From assembly GCA_043801745.1 (NCBI GenBank), contig JAZDLR010000011.1, forward strand, positions 1-63,715: a DNA stretch of 63,715 nt, given 5' to 3'. This document shows positions 57,912 through 63,715 of the stretch, one piece after another. Under the pieces are notes generated by a model, which was not told the origin of the DNA, ran no database searches, and saw nothing but the letters and a program-made list of their open reading frames with translations. Numbering within the stretch: position 1 is the stretch's first letter; every line of letters begins with the position of its first letter. Made by a program: the position numbers and the translations under genes. Source of the DNA: Candidatus Komeilibacteria bacterium. Lineage in GTDB: Bacteria; Patescibacteriota; Patescibacteriia; UBA1558; 2-01-FULL-52-15.

Positions 57912-58336
57912 TAATCCACAATGAACATACCCCCAAGCATTCGCTAGGGTTTTCTGTTCTTGCTGCCTACGGCAGCTTCTGATGATAGAACGGTAATATA
58001 ATCACAATCACTCTTGGGGTTTGGGGTCGTCTACTTGTTTGAGCCCAAGAAAAGAAGGACTAAAGATTAATAGACCGAAGGCGAGTCTAGGCGACCCCCA
58101 AGACTTTTGATTACTTTTGATCACAAAAGTAATGCCAGCCTGCCCCGAGTGCGGCCGAGGGGGCGAGCGGTAAAACCGGAACAATTAGCTATAACTGGGG
58201 TAATAAAGATGGGAAAAATATGTTGCTTAGAGTAGAGACGGTTTTTCTGTCTCTTTGTCTTTCTCTGTGTACTCCCAGAACTACGCCTTAAAACGCACAC
58301 ACCCCGCCAAGGCGGGGTGGTTTATCTGGTTAATTG

Positions 58337-58381
58337 AAAACCGCCCAGCACCACTTTAGCTGCTTAAGTGGTGCTGGGCGG
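58337..58381 (-). terminator. strong (bidirectional) terminator ending the second high-GC island
   Basis: Perfect 16-bp stem CCGCCCAGCACCACTT / AAGTGGTGCTGGGCGG. It has TTTTCAATT on the minus side and CAGTTTTCT on the plus side. Confidence 0.75.
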
Positions 58382-58401
58382 CAGTTTTCTGTCACATAAC
58401 T

Positions 58402-58947
58402 TCAGTCAGCAGACGTCTTATTCACTGGAACGACGTTACCATCGTTGTCAAAGACAGCAACGGGTTCAAGCTCCATTCCTAGTTGCCAGTTTCCTCCGGG
58501 TATCATTTGGTCCGGAGCTTGCGGACGGATCGCCACCCCGCCCCAGGAGGTAACGCGGTACAGACTGACCAGTTTAGGCGATCCGGCTGGACCACCGTGC
58601 TGCGCCAGAGCTATTCTGCTCAGCCGGTTAATCAAGAAGCGATAGAAGGCGTGTGATCTACCCTCAGAAATTATTTCCTCCAGCTCCCCTAGAGGCAACT
58701 CAGCTGTGATAGTAGCAAGTTCGCGGTGCGGAACTTTGCCGGGCCACTCACTAACCAGTACGTAAGAGGGAAATTCTGGTTTCTCGCCACGGTTGCAGTA
58801 ACACCGCATTACGAGGTCAGACTGAGTATCACCGCAGATGCCATGACAAACCGAGCAGAACGTAACGTAACAGCTGTTACACTTGTAATCAACCACTGTC
58901 CCACGCTGACAAACACGACAGACATCATCATGTCCAGACACTGACAC
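58402..58947 (-). CDS. Cys-rich (multi-CxxC zinc-finger-like) protein, 181 aa, function unknown
   Basis: GTG start at 58947, 5 nt after a GGAGG SD. N-terminal 'CRVCQ...CNSC...CSVCHGIC...CYC'. The track N-terminal extension to 59085 overlaps the upstream gene. Confidence 0.6.
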   Translation of the reverse strand: MSVSGHDDVCRVCQRGTVVDYKCNSCYVTFCSVCHGICGDTQSDLVMRCYCNRGEKPEFPSYVLVSEWPGKVPHRELATITAELPLGELEEIISEGRSHAFYRFLINRLSRIALAQHGGPAGSPKLVSLYRVTSWGGVAIRPQAPDQMIPGGNWQLGMELEPVAVFDNDGNVVPVNKTSAD

Positions 58948-58984
58948 GGTCACCTCCGTTAGGATGAGAGTTGATAGCTCGTAT

Positions 58985-59194
58985 TTAACCGGTACGGTAA
59001 AAGCGGCGCGCCAAAGCCAGAATGGAATCGTTGAATTGCAGATCATCGGTCTGCCCTTGACCGAAAATCCAACGCGGATTTCCACCCTGAATAGTGAAGC
59101 TCAGCCAGCCGCCGTACTTCCCGTCAACGAAAAACTCCACTTGAGCACCGGGGCCTGTGCCGAGCTTGTTCTTCAATTCAATCCTGTCAGGCAC
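58985..59194 (-). CDS. 69-aa protein, paralog of 59222..59434
   Basis: GTG start with an AGGAGG SD. 'IELKNKLGTGPGAQVEFFVDGKYGG...ALARRFYRTG' aligns with its neighbour. Confidence 0.6.
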   Translation of the reverse strand: MPDRIELKNKLGTGPGAQVEFFVDGKYGGWLSFTIQGGNPRWIFGQGQTDDLQFNDSILALARRFYRTG

Positions 59195-59221
59195 GCTACC
59201 TCCTACAAAAGACCGGTCCGA

Positions 59222-59434
59222 TCAACCTTGCGGATACTGACGCCGTGCCATAGCCACGGCAGACACATACTGGGTCCATACGAAGCCCTGTCTAGTTTTG
59301 TGTATTGCCCAGCAACAGCGGGCACCGACTCTAGCGTAGATTAATTCACCGCTGGCTTCTCCGTCAAAATAGACACTTACAGTGGCACCAAAACCTTTGC
59401 CAATCTTAGCACCAAGCTCCAACTTTAATGACAT
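59222..59434 (-). CDS. 70-aa protein, paralog of 58985..59194
   Basis: Internal ATG at 59434 with a GGAGGG SD. 'LKLELGAKIGKGFGATVSVYFDGEASG...AMARRQYPQG'. Confidence 0.6.
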   Translation of the reverse strand: MSLKLELGAKIGKGFGATVSVYFDGEASGELIYARVGARCCWAIHKTRQGFVWTQYVSAVAMARRQYPQG

Positions 59435-59535
59435 CTGAGCCCTCCTAAGCAACTGCAAACAGAGCTAATGAAATATGTGATAAAAGGAACCAAAATCATC
59501 TGAACGCTAACAATTGTATCAAGGCTAGTCAAGTG

Positions 59536-59570
59536 CTAACCCCGTTAGAAGCTCAGTTAATATCGGGGTT
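59536..59570 (-). repeat. boundary hairpin containing CTAACCCCGTTAGA
   Basis: AACCCCG...CGGGGTT forms a 7-bp stem. The 14-mer CTAACCCCGTTAGA (59536-59549) is identical to 17211-17224. It lies just upstream of a TTGACT -35-like box (59527-59532, minus strand). Confidence 0.5.
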
Positions 59571-59597
59571 GAAATTACTCACAATTCGTGTTACTTT

Positions 59598-59936
59598 ATG
59601 CCTATGAACAAACAACTATACAGTAAAAATACCGAAATAACGGAACCTCTGCGTGTTTACATAGAGGAACGATTAGACCGTCTAGATCACCTAAATAGCG
59701 AAATTATGACTGGCCGGGTGGATATTAGCCGCGACCAACACCACCGCAAGGGCGACATTTTCCGGGTAGAAATCAATCTAAATTTGCGGGGCAAATTGCT
59801 GCGGGTAGTAGAAACCCGGCCTGACGCGCGAGAAGCTATTGATCTGGTAACGGAAAAATTGGCCCGGCAGCTACGGGATCTAAAAAACAAAAAATTATTT
59901 TTGCGTCGGTTGGGCGGCATCTTTCAACGTAAATAA
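59598..59936 (+). CDS. hpf: ribosome hibernation-promoting factor (HPF/RaiA family)
   Basis: 'ITEPLRVYIEERLDRL' and 'FRVEINLNL'; about 110 aa. Confidence 0.8.
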   Translation: MPMNKQLYSKNTEITEPLRVYIEERLDRLDHLNSEIMTGRVDISRDQHHRKGDIFRVEINLNLRGKLLRVVETRPDAREAIDLVTEKLARQLRDLKNKKLFLRRLGGIFQRK

Positions 59937-59938
59937 TC

Positions 59939-62647
59939 ATGTCAGTAATTACCACATTATTTGGTGACGCCAATAAGCGTTATTTGGATAGCCTCCGAGA
60001 TGAGGCTAGTCTTATTACTGAGCTGGAACCGGCCATCAGTCAGCTGACTGACGAGCAGCTGAAAGCTAAAACTGTTGAATTCAAACAACAACTCGCCTCA
60101 GGCAAGACACTTGACGATATTGCCTATGAAGCGTTCGCGGTTGTGCGCGAAGCCGGCAAGCGAACATTGAATATGCGGCATTTTGACGTGCAGCTCATCG
60201 GAGGATTAGTATTACACCGGGGACAAGTGGCGGAAATGCGTACCGGTGAAGGTAAAACTTTAGTTTCCACTTTAGCTTTATACTTAAACGCCCTTGAAGG
60301 TAAAGGCGTACACTTAATTACTGTTAACGATTATTTAGCCAAACGTGATGCCACCTGGATGGGGCAAATCTATGATTTTCTGGGTTTATCAGTTGGCGTA
60401 ATTTCACATGAAAGCGCCTTTATCTATGACGCCAGCCACACCACTCCCGCCGATGATAAAGAGCGCGATCTGGGAGTCAAAATTGAAATTGAATTTCTGC
60501 GTCCCGTGACCAGGCCAGAAGCTTACCTAGCGGATATCACTTACGGTACGAATAATGAATTCGGCTTTGATCACTTGCGGGATAATCTGGCTTTAAATAA
60601 AAATGATCAGGTTCAGCGCCGGCTCAATTACGCCATAGTTGATGAAGTTGACAGCATTTTAATCGATGAAGCGCGCACTCCCTTAATTATTTCCGCACCC
60701 GACATGGAGTCAACAGACAAGTACAATCAGTTTGCCCAACTAGTAACTCTGTTGAACGAGAAGGAAGATTACACTTTAGACGAAAAGATGCGCGCTGCCA
60801 GCCTAACTGACGCCGGAATTACCAAGATTGAGAAATCCTTGGGCGTGGCCAATATTTATGAAGCCTCTGGCATTGAAACTGTCCATCATATTGAACAAGC
60901 TCTCAAGGCTAAAACCCTATTCCAAAAGGATAAACATTATGTTGTCCGCGAGGGTGAAATTTTAATTGTCGACGAATTTACCGGCCGCTTAATGCAAGGA
61001 CGCCGCTATTCTGAAGGCTTGCATCAGGCCATTGAAGCTAAAGAAGGCGTGGCGGTACAGCGGGAAAATAAGACCATGGCCACCATTACGATTCAGAATT
61101 ATTTCCGCATGTATAAAAAATTGGCTGGTATGACCGGCACGGCTGCGACTGAAGCCGAAGAACTAAATAAAATTTACAGCCTGGAGGTTACCTCTATTCC
61201 CACCAATATGCCCATGATTCGTCTAGATCAGGCTGACCGGGTCTACAAGAATGAGCCCGGTAAATTTAAGGCAGTTATTGCTGAAATTAAAGAGCGCCAC
61301 GAAAAAGGGCAACCGGTTTTGGTTGGTACTATTTCGATCGAGAAAAATGAATTACTGGGCGAACTACTAAATCACGAAGGCATACCCTTTCATTTATTAA
61401 ATGCTAAGCAGCATGAGAAAGAAGCTGAAGTCTTGGCCCAGGCAGGGTCCCGTGGCGCCGTAACAGTGGCTACTAACATGGCCGGCCGTGGTGTGGATAT
61501 AAAATTGGGCGGCAGCCCGTTTGATCAAGCCAAACACGATGAAATTGTCGGACTGGGCGGGCTACACGTTCTGGGTACAGAAAGGCACGAGTCACGGCGC
61601 ATTGACAATCAGCTACGCGGACGTTCTGGCCGTCAGGGTGATCCTGGCTCCAGCCAGTTCTATGTTTCCATGGATGATGAATTGCTAAGAATCTTCGGCT
61701 CTGACCGCATGAAGGGAGTCATGAATGCTCTGGGTCTGCCCGAGGACGTACCCATAGAAAACAAGATGATTTCCAAATCAATTGAAGGTGCCCAAAAGAA
61801 AGTTGAGGGCCACAACTTTGATATCCGTAAACATTTAGTGGAATACGATGACGTTATCAATAAACAGCGCGAATATATTTACCGCTTACGCCAACAAATT
61901 ATTGACCAGAGCGCTACTGCCAAACCTGGCGAACCCAGTCCCATATCAGCAATGATGATGGACTTTCTTCATGAGGAATTGGAAAGTTTAGTTAAATTTC
62001 ACGCCACTGGAGCCAAAACTAACTGGAATCTTACAGAAATTTTTGAAGCTGTTAATAATCTATACAGTCTTAGTGGTGAAGAACGAACTGAGTTGGAAGC
62101 CGCACCGTCCAGTGAGAAGCTGACAGATATCTTATTCCGTTTAGCCGACGCTAAATACGTCCGCGTCAATGATTATGTGCAGAAACATTTAGGACCGACC
62201 ATGACTAACCGCAATGCGCTGACTGAAGTGGAAAAAAGCATCATTCTGCGCACTATGGATAATTTTTGGGTTGAGCACCTGGATACTATTCAGTTGCTCC
62301 GTTCCGGTATCGGTTTACAAGGCTATGGTCAGCGTGATCCCTTGGTGGAATACAAGCGTGAATCCCGCCGACTATTTGATAATCTCCTGACGGCAATCCG
62401 CCAACAAGTTGTTTATAGTATTTTTAAAATCTCTGTGGCCCAGCAGCCCAGTTTGGACTTAAGCGCACCAAAGTTGCAGCTGCAGGAACAGAAAAGCGAC
62501 ATCAAAGCTTTCTCCGGAGCAGAAAAAGACCAAAAGAAATCAATTGTGACGCCCAAGCCCAAAGACGACGAAGGGCATAAAATCGGCCGCAATGATCCCT
62601 GTTATTGCGGATCAGGGAAAAAGTATAAGAAATGCCACGGTCAATAA
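59939..62647 (+). CDS. secA: preprotein translocase ATPase SecA
   Basis: 'MRTGEGKTLV', 'DEVDSILIDEARTPLIIS', 'TNMAGRGVDI' and the C-terminal zinc motif 'CYCGSGKKYKKCHG'. Confidence 0.95.
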   Translation: MSVITTLFGDANKRYLDSLRDEASLITELEPAISQLTDEQLKAKTVEFKQQLASGKTLDDIAYEAFAVVREAGKRTLNMRHFDVQLIGGLVLHRGQVAEMRTGEGKTLVSTLALYLNALEGKGVHLITVNDYLAKRDATWMGQIYDFLGLSVGVISHESAFIYDASHTTPADDKERDLGVKIEIEFLRPVTRPEAYLADITYGTNNEFGFDHLRDNLALNKNDQVQRRLNYAIVDEVDSILIDEARTPLIISAPDMESTDKYNQFAQLVTLLNEKEDYTLDEKMRAASLTDAGITKIEKSLGVANIYEASGIETVHHIEQALKAKTLFQKDKHYVVREGEILIVDEFTGRLMQGRRYSEGLHQAIEAKEGVAVQRENKTMATITIQNYFRMYKKLAGMTGTAATEAEELNKIYSLEVTSIPTNMPMIRLDQADRVYKNEPGKFKAVIAEIKERHEKGQPVLVGTISIEKNELLGELLNHEGIPFHLLNAKQHEKEAEVLAQAGSRGAVTVATNMAGRGVDIKLGGSPFDQAKHDEIVGLGGLHVLGTERHESRRIDNQLRGRSGRQGDPGSSQFYVSMDDELLRIFGSDRMKGVMNALGLPEDVPIENKMISKSIEGAQKKVEGHNFDIRKHLVEYDDVINKQREYIYRLRQQIIDQSATAKPGEPSPISAMMMDFLHEELESLVKFHATGAKTNWNLTEIFEAVNNLYSLSGEERTELEAAPSSEKLTDILFRLADAKYVRVNDYVQKHLGPTMTNRNALTEVEKSIILRTMDNFWVEHLDTIQLLRSGIGLQGYGQRDPLVEYKRESRRLFDNLLTAIRQQVVYSIFKISVAQQPSLDLSAPKLQLQEQKSDIKAFSGAEKDQKKSIVTPKPKDDEGHKIGRNDPCYCGSGKKYKKCHGQ

Positions 62648-62657
62648 TGCATTAACT

Positions 62658-63503
62658 ATGATCAAAAAAATTGGTTTCATCGGTCAAGGTTGGTTAGGCA
62701 AAAACTATGCCGACTGGTATGAAAAATTTTCTCAACTTGAAGTTATCAGATACTCGCTGGAAGAACCGCACATTTCCAACAAAGATAAGATTGGGGATTG
62801 TGATTTAGTATTTATCTGTGTTCCAACTCCCACTACACCCGAAGGATTTGATTATAAAAATGTCGACGAGGCCATAGGTTTGGTCGGTGATCAGAAAATT
62901 GCTCTGATTAAATCCACCATATTACCCGGTACTACCGAAGTCCTGCAAAAAAAGTATCCCAACATTAAAGTATTATTTAGTCCCGAATTTTTAACCGAAG
63001 CTACAGCTGCTTATGATGTAGCTAATCCCGACCGTAACATAATTGGTTATGCCAGTGAGGCCGGACTTAAAGTGGCTGACGAAGTCATGGCTTTGCTCCC
63101 CAGCGCCCCTTATAAGGCCATAATTAAGGCCACTGAAGCCGAAATGATCAAATATGGGGGTAATTGCTGGTTTTATTATAAAGTCGTCTTCATTAACCTG
63201 CTATATGACCTAAGTCAGAAATTAGGCTTGGATTATGACGTTATTAAGAATGGCTTGGCAGCCGATAAACGGATTGGAGCAACTCACCTAGATCCGATTC
63301 ACCACAGTGGGCGGGGAGCGGGTGGCAGCTGCTTTATTAAGGACTTTGAAGCCTTTCGCCGTCTCTACAATGAAGTAGTGGGCGATGAAAAAGGAAAGAA
63401 GCTGCTAGAGGCAACTGTGGAAAAAAATTTACAGCTATTAGAAGATAGCAAAAAAGACGAAGATCTAAGAAGGGGTGTTTACGGGATCGGCAACGAAAAT
63501 TAG
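62658..63503 (+). CDS. UDP-glucose/GDP-mannose dehydrogenase-family protein (short form)
   Basis: 'IGFIGQGWLG', 'SPEFLTEATA' and the catalytic-Cys box 'GGSCFIKD'. The ATG at 62658 follows the secA stop. It lacks the usual C-terminal domain. Confidence 0.65.
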   Translation: MIKKIGFIGQGWLGKNYADWYEKFSQLEVIRYSLEEPHISNKDKIGDCDLVFICVPTPTTPEGFDYKNVDEAIGLVGDQKIALIKSTILPGTTEVLQKKYPNIKVLFSPEFLTEATAAYDVANPDRNIIGYASEAGLKVADEVMALLPSAPYKAIIKATEAEMIKYGGNCWFYYKVVFINLLYDLSQKLGLDYDVIKNGLAADKRIGATHLDPIHHSGRGAGGSCFIKDFEAFRRLYNEVVGDEKGKKLLEATVEKNLQLLEDSKKDEDLRRGVYGIGNEN

Positions 63504-63508
63504 ATTCT

Positions 63509-63715
63509 ATGAGGATAGGAATTATCGGTAGTATGCAGCATACCGAAAAGATGCTGGAAGCCCGTGATGAGTTAATCAAACTCGGTCATAATGCTTTTGT
63601 TACAAATTTGGCGTCACCATTTGTGGGAAAAACGGACGAAGAAAAGGAAAAAATTAAGATTTATCAAAAGAATAATTTAAATGCCATTAAGGAATTTTGG
63701 ATATTAATGCAAGGA
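63509..63715 (+). CDS. hypothetical protein, 3' end cut by window edge (not in ORF track)
   Basis: The frame is open from ATG 63509 to the end of the window. My translation is 'MRIGIIGSMQHTEKMLEARDELIKLGHNAFV...', Rossmann-like. Confidence 0.45.
   Translation, partial: MRIGIIGSMQHTEKMLEARDELIKLGHNAFVTNLASPFVGKTDEEKEKIKIYQKNNLNAIKEFWILMQG

Noticed and set aside
57912-58295. tmRNA or SRP RNA in the long intergenic gap
   Set aside because: There is no tRNA-like acceptor or T-arm (GGTTCGA...CCA) and no SRP domain IV motif.

Overview
The window reads as a compact, mostly plus-strand bacterial chromosome segment. Gene content looks Patescibacteria/CPR-like, which is an inference from a DUF4012 envelope cluster, SD-less gene starts, a MurG-MurC fusion and an oversized RNase P RNA. 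Core genes include mgtA, recJ, rnhA, holB, frr, rseP, proS, mreB-mreC-mreD-PBP2-greA-mreB2 and rnpB. They continue with a glycosyltransferase/DUF4012/murJ envelope cluster, lepA, ftsB, tRNA-Thr, an RlpA-like gene, ftsEX, rpmA, lexA, mraY-ftsW-murG/murC-murB, hpf and secA. This backbone is interrupted by compositionally foreign DNA. (1) A low-GC left end carries an MTase-S fusion tightly coupled to an OLD-family ATPase/Toprim nuclease, followed by a Gp49/XRE toxin-antitoxin pair coupled to a Pif1-like helicase. (2) Four high-GC patches have Shine-Dalgarno-led genes, whereas backbone genes mostly lack an SD. These patches are an AlaE-like exporter (6.86-7.42 kb), a 5.7-kb minus-strand island of 12 small ORFan proteins that are mostly membrane proteins or lipoproteins (11.55-17.33 kb), a 51-aa zinc-ribbon mini-gene (18.27-18.49 kb), and a 1.3-kb minus-strand island with two paralogous ~70-aa proteins and a Cys-rich protein (58.3-59.57 kb). 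The large island has a consensus promoter, a terminator, a repeated structured intergenic element, a 27-bp perfect palindrome and a ~250-nt structured leader. I see no CRISPR array, rRNA, integrase, transposase or reverse transcriptase. All functional calls rest on motifs read by eye, and no database search was possible.
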